Virus record (IMG/VR): IMGVR_UViG_3300043447_000395 | Coordinates: 32,001 to 96,000 of that record | Direction: 5' to 3' (one strand) | DNA length: 64,000 nt | Origin: a virus | Taxonomy: Duplodnaviria > Caudoviricetes | In this document: positions 30,037 to 40,743 of the stretch, one piece after another | How positions within the stretch are numbered: position 1 is the first letter of the stretch | How the letters are laid out: every line of letters begins with the position of its first letter | Program-made: the position numbers and the translations under genes | The notes under the pieces: generated by a model | Database searches by the model: none | What the model was told of the DNA's origin: nothing | The model's input: the letters and a program-made list of their open reading frames with translations, nothing else

Positions 30037-32571
30037 TTAAAATCCTTTAATCACAACGACTTTACCTGTTTGATTTGATGAGAAATAAACATTGATATTG
30101 TTCGAATTGACAGAATTAATTCTTGAAGGTATCACAACATCTCTATTATTATCCCAAACTGTGACAACAGTAAAATCGGAATTTAAGTTGTGTGGAATGG
30201 ACCACGTTGCTGAGTTAGTAAAACTCCCTGTATATCTTAAATCATATATGTTACTAACTGGAATTGAACCACTTATAATGTGTCCACCTGGTGCGATATT
30301 AATATTACCTGTTTGTGGTGATGAGAAGTACACCTCCATATTATTAGTGTCAACCGCCTTTATACCACTCGGAATAACTATTCTATCGGTGTTGTCATAA
30401 ACATTAACTAACGGATATTTTGTCCCTAAATTGTGTGTTATTGACCAAGTTGCCATGTTAGTAACCGCATATGTTACTCCACCGGCACCATCTCTACCTG
30501 ATGTTCCTGAACTACCTGATGTACCACTTGAACCAGATGTTCCTGAAGTACCTGTACTACCCGAAGTTCCAGATGAACCACTTGAACCTGAACTTCCACT
30601 CGTTCCACTACTTCCTGAACTACCTGATGTACCACTTGAACCAGATGTTCCACTGGTTCCTGATGAACCACGAGTACCTGAACTTCCACTTGTACCACTA
30701 CTTCCTGACGTTCCACTTGACCCCGAACTACCACTAGTACCTGATGTTCCACTTGTCCCGCTTGAACCTGAACTACCGCTTGTTCCTGAAGTTCCGCTAC
30801 TACCAGAACTACCTGATGTGCCAGCAGTCCCTGACGAACCTGAGCTACCACTAGTTCCTGAAGTACCACTTGAACCTGAACTACCACTTGTACCTGAGGT
30901 TCCACTAGAACCCGATGAACCACTTGAACCTGAAGTGCCTGAAGTTCCTGATGAACCACTAGAACCTGAGGTTCCACTAGTACCTGAACTACCACTCGTA
31001 CCACTTGTTCCAGCTGTTCCTGAAGAACCACTAGAACCCGATGTACCAGAAGTTCCTGAAGAACCAGCAGCCTTTACCCACGCAGTTCCTGTATATCTAT
31101 AAATGTTAGTGTCTGTCGTATCGTAATAAATTGCTCCCGTTGCATTCATTGCCGGAGTACCTGTTGAAACAGGAATCGATAATGAACCCGTAATTCTCAC
31201 AGAACCCGTGAAATTATGTTGGTCACCTGCATCGTTACCAAAGGCAGATGATCCACTTTGGAAACTTGTTGTCATAAATGTAACCGAGTTGGATACGATA
31301 TATTGGTTTGCAGTTAGATTACCTCTAACTTGTAAATTACCACTGATAATACCACTACCTGTCACATTTAAATTACTTCCATCAAACGACATGTTTGATT
31401 CAACAGTTGCATTTGGTGCAGACCCATTAAGAGTTATAATACCATTATCAAATGTACCTGTTAATGTTACTGTTCCGCTTGAACCTGAACTACCTGATGT
31501 ACCTGCAGTTCCTGAAGTACCGGCAGTTCCTGAAGAGCCCGAACTACCACTTGTTCCACTTGTTCCTGACGAACCTGAACTACCTGATGTTCCACTCGTG
31601 CCTGCACTTCCTGAGGAGCCAGAACTTCCCGACGTACCACTTGTACCTGACGAACCTGAAGTACCTGATGTTCCACTCGTGCCTGAAGAACCACTTGATC
31701 CTGATGTTCCTGATGATCCGCTCAATCCTGAAGAACCTGATGTACCAGCACTTCCCGAGGAACCGGAACTTCCTGATGTACCACTTGTACCTGAGGAACC
31801 AGAACTTCCGCTAGTCCCTGAAGTACCCGATGAACCACTTGTACCTGAAGTACCGGATGTTCCCGAAGATCCTGAACTACCACTTGTTCCTGAAGACCCA
31901 CTTGAGCCTGATGTTCCGCTCGTACCTGATGTACCCGAACTTCCGCTCGAACCTGAAGTTCCACTCGTTCCACTACTACCTGATGAACCCGAACTACCAC
32001 TTGTACCAGCACTTCCTGATGAACCAGAACTACCACTTGTACCAGCACTTCCTGATGAACCGCTAGTACCTGAACTACCACTAGAACCTGATGAACCAGA
32101 CGTTCCTGAAGAGCCCGAACTACCACTTGTACCTGATGAACCACGAGTACCTGAACTACCACTTGTACCAGCACTTCCTGATGAACCCGAGGTTCCGCTA
32201 GTACCTGATGTACCCGCAGCCTTTACCCACGCAGTTCCTGTATATCTATAAATGTTTGTATCTGTTGTATCGTAATAAATTGAACCCGTTGCCTTTAAAA
32301 TCGGGGAACCGTTTGATGTGGGAATTGTAAGTGCTCCCGTTATAAAAACTGAACCAGTAAACAAATGTGTATCGTCAATTGTATCACCAAAAACTGTATT
32401 ACCTGAAGAAAATGATTGAGTAAAATGAGTTACCGATGATGATATTATTAACTGTTGTGCGGTGATGTTACCACCAACAACTAAATCTTGTGATAAAGAT
32501 AATGATCCTGTTATTGATGCACCTCCGTCATTAACTAACAGTCCGTTTTTTACTATAAATTGATTCGCCAT
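30037..32571 (-). CDS. Fibre-like structural protein with two (G-T/S-S)n tracts
   Basis: MANQFIVKNGL N-terminus (start moved to 32571), FGD..DD.H.FTGS modules, two W.I.HNL modules at the C-terminus. Confidence 0.7.
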   Translation of the reverse strand: MANQFIVKNGLLVNDGGASITGSLSLSQDLVVGGNITAQQLIISSSVTHFTQSFSSGNTVFGDTIDDTHLFTGSVFITGALTIPTSNGSPILKATGSIYYDTTDTNIYRYTGTAWVKAAGTSGTSGTSGSSGSAGTSGSSGTRGSSGTSGSSGSSGTSGSSGSSGSSGTSGSSGSAGTSGSSGSSGSAGTSGSSGSSGSSGTSGTSGSSGSSGTSGTSGTSGSSGSSGTSGSSGSSGTSGTSGTSGSSGTSGTSGSSGSSGTSGTSGSSGSSGSAGTSGSSGLSGSSGTSGSSGSSGTSGTSGTSGSSGTSGTSGSSGSSGSAGTSGTSGSSGSSGTSGTSGSSGSSGTAGTSGTAGTSGSSGSSGTVTLTGTFDNGIITLNGSAPNATVESNMSFDGSNLNVTGSGIISGNLQVRGNLTANQYIVSNSVTFMTTSFQSGSSAFGNDAGDQHNFTGSVRITGSLSIPVSTGTPAMNATGAIYYDTTDTNIYRYTGTAWVKAAGSSGTSGTSGSSGSSGTAGTSGTSGSSGTSGTSGSSGSSGTSGTSGSSGSSGSSGTSGTSGSSGSSGTSGTSGSSGSSGTAGTSGSSGSSGTSGTSGSSGSSGTSGTSGTSGSSGSSGTSGSSGTSGSSGTRGSSGTSGTSGSSGTSGSSGSSGTSGSSGSSGSSGTSGSTGTSGTSGSSGTSGSSGTSGRDGAGGVTYAVTNMATWSITHNLGTKYPLVNVYDNTDRIVIPSGIKAVDTNNMEVYFSSPQTGNINIAPGGHIISGSIPVSNIYDLRYTGSFTNSATWSIPHNLNSDFTVVTVWDNNRDVVIPSRINSVNSNNINVYFSSNQTGKVVVIKGF
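30495..31065 (-). repeat. (Gly-Thr/Ser-Ser)n coding repeat, approximate bounds
   Basis: 9-nt period with synonymous variation. Confidence 0.9.
31470..32210 (-). repeat. (Gly-Thr/Ser-Ser)n coding repeat, approximate bounds
   Basis: 9-nt period with synonymous variation. Confidence 0.9.
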
Positions 32572-32603
32572 ATGTTTACTGTTTTCACTGTCCAACAGTC
32601 TTA

Positions 32604-32611
32604 TATAAATA
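32604..32611 (-). promoter_or_regulatory. TATTTATA putative late-promoter motif
   Basis: Lies between the terminator and the start codon at 32571; recurs upstream of other structural genes. Confidence 0.55.
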
Positions 32612-32635
32612 CTTTATTATTTCGTTTAAGTAAAT

Positions 32636-32668
32636 AAAAAAAGGAGACTTTTTATGGTCTCCTTTTTT
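32636..32668 (-). terminator. Intrinsic terminator
   Basis: AAGGAGAC / GTCTCCTT stem with flanking A/T runs. Confidence 0.8.
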
Positions 32669-32687
32669 AACATGTATCATTATTTTT

Positions 32688-35600
32688 TTATAATAATGTT
32701 GTAGATGTTTTAAATACCCATCCACCGTTTGATGTGAAGTTCAAATCAACAGTTCCACTACCTAATGTTACAGTGAAATATGCTCCATCTGTACTTCCAA
32801 TATCAACCGTTGAAGTTTCATTGTATACTACACTTGAACCATTCCATACTGATGAAATTTGTCCTGAACGTGCATTTGAACCTTTAGAAATTGTGTAGTT
32901 GTAGAATGCTGCGGTGAATGAACCTGTCTCATCTGATGATACTACATTTGTACCATTAGTCGATGTAGTTGATTTATTAACAAAAGTTGTTAAAGTTTCT
33001 CCTGACACTGTTAATGAACCATTAACTTGAGCATTTGAATCAATTGTTACTAATGTTCCATCATCACTGATATTTGTGTCACCAATTTCGGTTGCCGATG
33101 TGAATTTAACAAGTGCATTTATAGTACCTGAAACCGAAACCGATGTACCTGAAGTACCACTAGTTCCTGATGTTCCTGAAGTACCTGATGTACCAGATGT
33201 TCCTGATGAACCACTTGTTCCACTTGTACCTGAAGTTCCTGAACTACCAGAAGTTCCTGAAGTACCACTTGTACCAGATGTCCCACTTGAACCGTCAGAA
33301 CCGCTAGAACCTGAAGTTCCACTAGTTCCCGCAGTTCCACTTGTTCCACTAGAACCTGAAGTTCCTGAAGTTCCTGAAGTACCGGATGTTCCTGAAGTAC
33401 CGCTAGACCCATCAGAACCAGATGTTCCACTTGTACCCGATGTACCGCTAGAACCTGAAGTACCACTTGTACCAGATGTTCCACTTGTACCCGATGTACC
33501 GCTAGAACCTGAAGTACCACTTGTACCAGATGTTCCTGATGAACCATTACCACCGACAGTTGCAATTACTGTACCTGATGTTTCTTGACTAAAATATACT
33601 TCTAAATTATTACTGTCTATTACGTGAATACCTGTTGGGATTACAACATTATCAAATGAGTCGAATACGTTAATAGCAGGATATTTGTATCCTAAATTAT
33701 GAACGAATGACCAAGTTGTAGATGGTGAAGATATTACATGTGTTTTAGTTTGACCTGAAACAATTACTGCGTTTTCAGCAAACGCCGCAGTTACAGCATA
33801 TGATGAAGTACCTGCAAATTGTGACGATACTGAACTTGTGTAAGTATTGAAATCAGTAATATCTAATTTTCCTGTACCAACCGCAAAACCATTTAATGAT
33901 AATGAACCTGTTATGTTAACAGAACCTGTAAATTGGTGAGTATCATCTAATGTATCACCAAATTTAGTTGAACCTGATTCATAAAGTACCGATGAAGTTA
34001 CTAATTGGGTGTGTATTTCTTTAGCGGTTAATGTACCTGTAATTACAACATCACTATTAACATTAACAACAGTTCCGTCATCAGTAATACTTGAATCTAC
34101 TAATGTTGGGTCACCAACACCAGTTTGGAATTTACCAATTGTGTTATTTGTACCTGTTACTGTTACTGATGTTCCCGAAGTACCCGACGTTCCACTTGTA
34201 CCAGAAGTACCTGAGGTACCGCTTGTACCGCTAGAACCTGATGTTCCACTTGTTCCAGAAGAACCACTTGTACCCGAAGTACCACTAGTTCCTGACGAAC
34301 CATCACTACCTGATGAACCTGAGGTTCCACTTGTACCAGAAGTACCCGCAGTTCCTGATGTTCCACTTGTACCACTTGTTCCCGATGAACCATCACTACC
34401 TGAACTTCCCGAAGTACCTGATGTACCACTAGTACCTGAAGTACCGCTAGAACCTGACGTTCCTGAAGTACCACTAGAACCATCAGAACCCGATGTACCA
34501 GATGTTCCCGAACTTCCTGAAGTACCTGATGTACCACTAGAACCTGAAGTACCGGATGTTCCTGATGTACCACTAGTACCACTTGTTCCTGAACTACCAG
34601 ATGTACCACTTGTACCTGAACTACCATCAGAACCACTAGAACCTGATGTACCTGAAGTGCCAGATGTTCCACTTGTACCGCTAGTTCCTGATGTTCCTGA
34701 AGAACCTGAAGTTCCACTAGTACCCGATGTAGCTGCGGTATATGATGTACCGTTTATGTATAAATCACCTGAACTAATATATAAAGAACCTGTTACGTTT
34801 GTATCTGCTACAATTGAAACTACACTTCCGTCATCTGAAATATTTGAATCTCCGATATGGTCATCACCAACGGCAACCATGATTTTACCTGGTGTGATAT
34901 GAACTTCGTCACCTAATGAACCTGAGTTTTTAGGACCTGAAATTAAGATTGCAGACATTCCGGCCTCCGGTCCAACATTAGGATGTTGGTAAATCCAGTT
35001 ATTGTTTTGAGAATCCCAAAGTAACGAACCACTTATTCCTGCCGCAGAACCACTATCTTGAACTGATACTCCACCAAATCTAACACCAGGAGTTGCAGTG
35101 TTTAATGTAATTGTATTATCACCAATATCAAGTGCACTACCTGTAACATTTACTAATGAAGATGAACCTTGTACTACTAAGTCACCACTAACATACATTG
35201 AACCTGTAACTCTAACAAATGAACCTGATAAATCAATATGGTTATCTGTTATTGTTAAATTTGCAGATGCAGTTGCCGCGTTTGACGAACCATCAGATAA
35301 TATTACATAACCAGCTCCTGGATTTGATAAATTAATTACTCCTGAAGAACCTGATGTTCCTGAAGTACCAGATGTTCCACTAGTACCTGAAGTTCCTGAT
35401 GAACCATCACTACCTGAAGAGCCGCTAGTTCCTGATGTTCCTGAACTACCTGAAGAACCGCTAGTTCCTGAAGTTCCTGAAGTACCAGATGTTCCTGATG
35501 AACCATCACTACCTGATGAACCAGAGGTTCCACTTGTTCCACTAGTACCTGAAGTTCCTGATGAACCATCAGAACCGCTAGTCCCTGAAGAACCCGATGT

Positions 35601-37706
35601 TCCACTAGTACCTGATGTTCCCGAAGAACCTGATGTTCCACTTGTTCCACTTGAACCGGATGTTCCACTTGTTCCTGATGAACCGTCACTACCTGAAGAA
35701 CCAGATGTTCCACTTGTTCCTGAAGTTCCTGAAGTACCAGATGAACCATCAGAACCACTAGAACCTGAAGTACCTGAACTACCAGATGTTCCTGAAGTAC
35801 CGCTAGAACCTGACGTTCCTGAAGTACCGCTAGACCCATCAGAACCACTAGAACCTGATGTGCCAGAAGTTCCCGATGTTCCACTTGTACCTGAAGTTCC
35901 ACTTGAACCGTCAGAACCACTAGTTCCTGATGTTCCTGAACTACCAGATGTACCACTTGTACCAGAAGTACCTGAGGTACCACTTGTTCCTGATGTACCA
36001 CTAGTTCCTGATGAACCATCACTACCACTAGAACCTGACGTTCCACTCGTTCCACTTGTTCCCGATGTACCACTTGTTCCAGATGTACCGCTAGAACCTG
36101 ATGTTCCTGATGAACCACTTGTTCCGCTTGTACCACTAGTACCTGACGTAGCCGCCGTATATGATGTACCGTTTATGTATAAATCACCACCTGTTACGTA
36201 TAATGAACCCGTTGTTGCTAATGAACCTGATATGAATACACTACCTGTAAAATTATGATTATCATCTTGTGTATCACCAAATTTAGTAGAACCTGATGTG
36301 TATAAAATTGATGAACTTACATATGTGATATTTAATTCTTTAGCGGTTAAAATTCCATCAACAATTACGTCACCGTTTACCGATAATTTACCATCGTATA
36401 TTGAAGCACTAACAGAACCACTTACTATTTTATTTAATTCTAATCCTGTTACTCCTGAAGCTGGAATGTTATACAAACCTGCACCGTCTCCAATGAATGA
36501 ACCACTAACAGTTCCATCATTGATTATTAAATCACCTGTAATTGTTGTATCACTATTAATAGAAACTAATGAACCATCATCTGAAATATTTGAGTCTATT
36601 AATGTTGGGTCACCGACACCTGTTTCAAATTTACCTATTGTATTGTTTGTACCTGTTACTGTTACCGAAGTACCTGAAGAACCACTTGTTCCTGATGTAC
36701 CTGAAGTTCCACTAGTACCGCTTGTACCAGATGTTCCTGAAGTACCGCTAGACCCATCAGAACCACTAGAACCTGATGTACCACTTGTACCTGAAGTTCC
36801 TGAAGTACCGGATGTTCCAGAAGAGCCATCGCTACCTGAAGAACCTGATGTACCGCTAGTTCCACTAGTACCGCTTGTGCCAGATGTTCCTGAGGTACCA
36901 CTAGACCCGTCAGAACCGCTAGAACCAGAAGTTCCGCTAGTTCCTGATGTACCACTAGTTCCTGATGAACCATCACTACCTGAAGAACCTGATGTGCCGC
37001 TAGTTCCTGAAGTACCCGAAGATCCATCACTACCTGAAGAACCCGATGTTCCACTAGAACCTGAAGTGCCAGATGTTCCTGACGTTCCACTAGTGCCACT
37101 TGTTCCTGAACTACCAGATGTACCGCTAGTTCCAGAAGAACCATCACTACCTGAAGAACCTGATGTACCACTAGAACCTGAAGTACCACTTGTACCTGAT
37201 GAACCATCGGAACCACTAGAACCTGAAGTACCAGATGTTCCTGATGTACCTGAAGATCCGTCAGAACCGCTAGAACCTGAAGTACCTGATGTTCCACTTG
37301 TACCACTAGTTCCTGATGAACCATCAGAACCACTAGAACCTGAAGTACCAGATGTTCCTGATGTACCTGAAGTACCAGCTGCGGCTAACCATATATTACC
37401 ATTGTAACGATATATATTAGTATCACTCGTGTTATAGTAGATACTACCGATAACAGGATTTAATGGTTCTGATGTTGGAATCTGTAATGCACCTGTTATA
37501 TAAACAGATCCCGTAAATTTATGATAATCATCAAGAGAGTTACCAAAATCGTGAGATCCCGATGCATAAGATTCGGTTACATGTAAAACCGAAGAACTTA
37601 CAATGATTTCCTGTGCCGTTAATGTACCTTGTACGGTTAAATTATCTATAACCGTCGCGGAACCTGAGACAATCAGACCATTTTTTACTACTAATTCGTT
37701 AGCCAT
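32688..37706 (-). CDS. Large fibre-like structural protein with four (G-T/S-S/D)n tracts
   Basis: MANELVVKNGL N-terminus, repeated modules, C-terminal domain shared with 37796..39472. Confidence 0.7.
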   Translation of the reverse strand: MANELVVKNGLIVSGSATVIDNLTVQGTLTAQEIIVSSSVLHVTESYASGSHDFGNSLDDYHKFTGSVYITGALQIPTSEPLNPVIGSIYYNTSDTNIYRYNGNIWLAAAGTSGTSGTSGTSGSSGSDGSSGTSGTSGTSGTSGSSGSDGSSGTSGTSGTSGSSGSDGSSGTSGTSGSSGTSGSSGSDGSSGTSGTSGSSGTSGTSGTSGTSGTSGSSGTSGSSGSDGSSGTSGTSGTSGSSGSDGSSGTSGTSGTSGTSGSSGSDGSSGTSGTSGTSGTSGTSGTSGSSGSDGSSGTSGTSGTSGTSGTSGSSGSDGSSGTSGTSGTSGTSGTSGTSGTSGSSGTSVTVTGTNNTIGKFETGVGDPTLIDSNISDDGSLVSINSDTTITGDLIINDGTVSGSFIGDGAGLYNIPASGVTGLELNKIVSGSVSASIYDGKLSVNGDVIVDGILTAKELNITYVSSSILYTSGSTKFGDTQDDNHNFTGSVFISGSLATTGSLYVTGGDLYINGTSYTAATSGTSGTSGTSGSSGTSGSSGTSGTSGTSGTSGTSGTSGSSGSDGSSGTSGTSGTSGTSGTSGTSGTSGSSGTSGTSGSDGSSGTSGTSGTSGTSGTSGSSGSDGSSGTSGTSGSSGTSGTSGSSGTSGSSGSDGSSGTSGTSGTSGTSGSSGSDGSSGTSGTSGSSGTSGTSGSSGTSGTSGTSGSSGTSGSDGSSGTSGTSGTSGTSGSSGSDGSSGTSGTSGTSGTSGSSGSSGTSGTSGSSGSDGSSGTSGTSGTSGTSGTSGSSGVINLSNPGAGYVILSDGSSNAATASANLTITDNHIDLSGSFVRVTGSMYVSGDLVVQGSSSLVNVTGSALDIGDNTITLNTATPGVRFGGVSVQDSGSAAGISGSLLWDSQNNNWIYQHPNVGPEAGMSAILISGPKNSGSLGDEVHITPGKIMVAVGDDHIGDSNISDDGSVVSIVADTNVTGSLYISSGDLYINGTSYTAATSGTSGTSGSSGTSGTSGTSGTSGTSGTSGSSGSDGSSGTSGTSGSSGTSGTSGTSGTSGTSGSSGTSGTSGSSGTSGTSGSDGSSGTSGTSGSSGTSGTSGTSGTSGSSGSDGSSGTSGTSGTSGTAGTSGTSGTSGSSGSDGSSGTSGTSGTSGSSGTSGTSGSSGTSGTSGTSGTSGTSGTSGTSVTVTGTNNTIGKFQTGVGDPTLVDSSITDDGTVVNVNSDVVITGTLTAKEIHTQLVTSSVLYESGSTKFGDTLDDTHQFTGSVNITGSLSLNGFAVGTGKLDITDFNTYTSSVSSQFAGTSSYAVTAAFAENAVIVSGQTKTHVISSPSTTWSFVHNLGYKYPAINVFDSFDNVVIPTGIHVIDSNNLEVYFSQETSGTVIATVGGNGSSGTSGTSGTSGSSGTSGTSGTSGTSGTSGSSGTSGTSGTSGSDGSSGTSGTSGTSGTSGTSGSSGTSGTAGTSGTSGSSGSDGSSGTSGTSGTSGTSGSSGTSGTSGTSGSSGTSGTSGTSGTSGTSGTSGTSVSVSGTINALVKFTSATEIGDTNISDDGTLVTIDSNAQVNGSLTVSGETLTTFVNKSTTSTNGTNVVSSDETGSFTAAFYNYTISKGSNARSGQISSVWNGSSVVYNETSTVDIGSTDGAYFTVTLGSGTVDLNFTSNGGWVFKTSTTLL
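33140..37375 (-). repeat. Four (Gly-Thr/Ser-Ser, GSDG)n tracts at about 33140-33545, 34165-34730, 35340-36150 and 36665-37375
   Basis: Gly at every third residue in the translation. Confidence 0.9.
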
Positions 37707-37740
37707 TTTTTATATTTAATTTTTTTTAAGTTAGTCACAC

Positions 37741-37748
37741 TATAAATA
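37741..37748 (-). promoter_or_regulatory. TATTTATA putative late-promoter motif
   Basis: About 35 nt upstream of the start at 37706. Confidence 0.55.
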
Positions 37749-37795
37749 TTTTATAACTTTAGATTAACCACTTATTTTTTATATTTATTTTTTAA

Positions 37796-39472
37796 TTATA
37801 CAATAGAACCTAAAGTTTTATAGTTTAAATGAATTGTCCACGTACCTGAAGTAACGTTTGCACTTAAAACTCCGTTATTTGATAATGAAAATGTAACATC
37901 AGAAGTGTTTCCCAAATCTGTTGTGTTAAATTCATTATATGAACTATCAACCCCATTCCATACAGCAGAAATGTTACCAGCTCTCACGTTAAGACCACTT
38001 ATCACTTGGTAATCAAAAGTTGCCGAATTATAATCACCTAAATCTATTAATGTTGAATTTGAACTAATTGTTTTTGAAGTGATTCCTTGTAAAGATTGAA
38101 CATTTGAACCTGTATTAACTAATGTTAAATGGTCTTCTAATGTTAATAAACCTGTAATTGTTGTATTTGTATTTCCTGTTGATGTGTCGGTATTAAAAAC
38201 TTGAGTACCGATTACAACTTGATTATATTCATTGACACTTACAACTTTAACTCCTCCAACATAGATTGAACCTGTTGAAATATAAACGTCTCTCCATTGA
38301 TAATCGAGAGAACCTAAATCATACGTATTGGTTATTGCAGGAATAATATCTGAACCGACATTAGTATAATTTACTGAACCGCTAACGAAGTGTCCACCTT
38401 TCGATACATTTGCATAACCAGCAACTGGTTGTTGGAACACAACATTTATTGCATTTGTATCCACCATACTAATCGCTTCAGGTATTACAACATTACCTGT
38501 GTCATCCCAAATTGTTACTTGAGGATAACTTGTTTCTAAATTGTGTACGACAGACCAAGTTTCAGCTGCACTATAATATTGAACTAGACCACCTGTACCG
38601 TCTGTACCTGAAGTTCCACTTGTCCCGCTGGAACCCGACGTTCCACTTGAACCATCGCTACCTGAGGAACCCGATGTACCCGAAGTTCCGCTAGTACCTG
38701 ATGTACCATCACTACCACTTGTACCACTAGTACCTGATGTACCACTTGAACCGTTACCTCCGACAGTTGCACTAACAACACCCGTTTCGTTCCAATTAAA
38801 TGAAACAACTAAATTGTTCTCATCAATTACTTGAACATCTCTTGGTATTATCACATAACCATCACTGTTATAAACAGTAATTGCAGGATATCGTGAATTT
38901 AAATTGTGTTGAAAATTCCACGTATTTGATGGTGTTGTAACTTCTAACTTCTTTGTTGCACCATCTACAACTATTGGGTCAAATGTAACCCATGATACAT
39001 TTGTACCGTCTGATGATAATAATTGATTTGAAGTTCCGTAAGAACCTAATGAATCAATTAATCCTCCGTGTAATGTAATATCACTATCAACATATACTGA
39101 ACCTGTAATCGATACATTTGTATTAACTTGAAATCCATCAGCTGAAATTGACGCTGTAAATGGACCGTCACTAATTTGGTTAAGTTGTAAACCTGTTACA
39201 CCACTTGCCGGAACATTATATAATCCCGCACCATCACCAATAAATGAACCTGTAAAAAATGAAGCACTTACATCTCCACTAATATAAATTGAACCTGTGT
39301 TACTTGTATTTGTAACAATTAATTCTTGAACTGAGGGTCCTCCTGAACCAGATACGGCCATAAAGACCTTACCATCTGTTGTATTTAACGCTAATTCACC
39401 AAGTTGTAGGTTGGAGTTAGTCGGTTTTTGTCCCGATACACTACTCCTACGCAGTTTTACTATTTGTGCCAT
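37796..39472 (-). CDS. Tail-fibre-like protein with short GTS tract
   Basis: KLRRS...LQLGELALNTTDGKVF tail-fibre N-terminal motif, HNL modules, YDLGS...WRDVY. Confidence 0.7.
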   Translation of the reverse strand: MAQIVKLRRSSVSGQKPTNSNLQLGELALNTTDGKVFMAVSGSGGPSVQELIVTNTSNTGSIYISGDVSASFFTGSFIGDGAGLYNVPASGVTGLQLNQISDGPFTASISADGFQVNTNVSITGSVYVDSDITLHGGLIDSLGSYGTSNQLLSSDGTNVSWVTFDPIVVDGATKKLEVTTPSNTWNFQHNLNSRYPAITVYNSDGYVIIPRDVQVIDENNLVVSFNWNETGVVSATVGGNGSSGTSGTSGTSGSDGTSGTSGTSGTSGSSGSDGSSGTSGSSGTSGTSGTDGTGGLVQYYSAAETWSVVHNLETSYPQVTIWDDTGNVVIPEAISMVDTNAINVVFQQPVAGYANVSKGGHFVSGSVNYTNVGSDIIPAITNTYDLGSLDYQWRDVYISTGSIYVGGVKVVSVNEYNQVVIGTQVFNTDTSTGNTNTTITGLLTLEDHLTLVNTGSNVQSLQGITSKTISSNSTLIDLGDYNSATFDYQVISGLNVRAGNISAVWNGVDSSYNEFNTTDLGNTSDVTFSLSNNGVLSANVTSGTWTIHLNYKTLGSIV

Positions 39473-39537
39473 ATATATGGGGTCCCTCTATTTCAGTGTG
39501 ATATGTATCACGAATTAATAACCTATATAGGTCATTC

Positions 39538-39545
39538 TATAAATA
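39538..39545 (-). promoter_or_regulatory. TATTTATA putative late-promoter motif
   Basis: Intergenic, upstream of the start at 39472. Confidence 0.5.
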
Positions 39546-39561
39546 CTTGTGAATATTGATT

Positions 39562-40233
39562 TTATTTTAAATCAAATAAAATAATTTCAGTTTCTGAAGT
39601 TGGGGAAATTGTGATTGTTTGTTCGTTAGTATAACTAAGACCATCACCCTCAATTAGAGGTATTTGATTGGTATTAGATGTACCTGAAACAACGTATAGA
39701 TAGTAATTTCTATTTGGATTTAATTCAAATGTAAAATCCTCTGTGAATATTCCGGCAAGTAATCTTGCGTCTTGTTTGATTGGTAATTTCTCTGTGATGT
39801 TACAGAATTTATTTAATTTATTTTCTCTTGTGAATTGATACCAATCATGTCTTGGTTCTGTGTTTAATTCGTTTGGTCTAACCCACAATTGTAAATAACG
39901 ATTTGGTTTGTCAGATGCATTCCCTTCCGTATGTTTAATACCACTACCGGCACTCATTCTTTGTACTGCACCCGCCGGAACATCAACAACATTACCATGA
40001 CTATCGGTGTGACGACATAATCCTTCAACCACATAACCAAAGATTTCCATGTTCTTATGTAAGTGTTCAGGAACATGACCACCTGGTTGTGTTCTATCGT
40101 CATTGATGGTTTCTAACTCACTGAAATTGGTATAAGTCTTATCAAGATAAGGGGGAAAGTAGAATGTACGAAAAGAGGTAATCCAATCAGCTGTCGGATT
40201 ACCTCTTGTATGTGCTTGTCTATGAAATATCAT
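39562..40233 (-). CDS. Pirin family protein (YhhW-like bicupin)
   Basis: INDD, HLHKNMEI, HTDSHGN, QRMSAGSGIKHTE, LQLWV. Confidence 0.92.
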   Translation of the reverse strand: MIFHRQAHTRGNPTADWITSFRTFYFPPYLDKTYTNFSELETINDDRTQPGGHVPEHLHKNMEIFGYVVEGLCRHTDSHGNVVDVPAGAVQRMSAGSGIKHTEGNASDKPNRYLQLWVRPNELNTEPRHDWYQFTRENKLNKFCNITEKLPIKQDARLLAGIFTEDFTFELNPNRNYYLYVVSGTSNTNQIPLIEGDGLSYTNEQTITISPTSETEIILFDLK

Positions 40234-40242
40234 AAAATTATA

Positions 40243-40725
40243 TTAACACCAACCACCTTTATCAATAACAGGAGTTAATAGTGTGAAAGTTGCTGGAAAA
40301 TTAAATGTTCCTGTTAACGATGTACTAGCACCACCATTACTTATTAGATAATCAGTATTAGATGGGTCAACAGTTGATATATTTATTTGGTGATTATCTT
40401 GACGATACGCCACTTTAACATAACCATTTGATACTGTACTACCTGAACTCCAAGTTACGCTAAATATATAACCATGATAGTCCATTGAAAATCCTGCAGC
40501 AGTAAATGTTGCTTCTATTGATGCAAAATCACTTAAATACGCATACACACCACAACCTAAATCAGTTGATTGATTAACTGTAAATCCACTGAAACCATTC
40601 CATTCACCTTGTGGATTATTACAAACTGGTCCACTATATTCAGCACCATTAAACATCGCAGGTGTTATTGTAAATGACGGAACATTTGTTTGTGTAAAAA
40701 ATCCGTTTTGAAATAATATTCCCAT
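40243..40725 (-). CDS. Hypothetical virion-associated protein
   Basis: G/T/S/N-rich; N-terminus MGILFQNGF resembles that of the upstream gene. Confidence 0.6.
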   Translation of the reverse strand: MGILFQNGFFTQTNVPSFTITPAMFNGAEYSGPVCNNPQGEWNGFSGFTVNQSTDLGCGVYAYLSDFASIEATFTAAGFSMDYHGYIFSVTWSSGSTVSNGYVKVAYRQDNHQINISTVDPSNTDYLISNGGASTSLTGTFNFPATFTLLTPVIDKGGWC

Positions 40726-40743
40726 TTTATATTTTTTTTCTTT

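Noticed and set aside
30495-37375. Repeat tracts as a CRISPR array or satellite DNA
   Set aside because: They have a 9-nt coding periodicity with synonymous variation, no constant repeat with unique spacers, and no cas genes
30037-37706. Ice-nucleation protein
   Set aside because: Lacks the AGYGST 8/16-residue periodicity; the repeat is a strict Gly-X-Y triplet
39497-39512. CRP-like box TGTGA-N6-TCACG
   Set aside because: Single occurrence with no supporting regulator; better explained as one of three local palindromes
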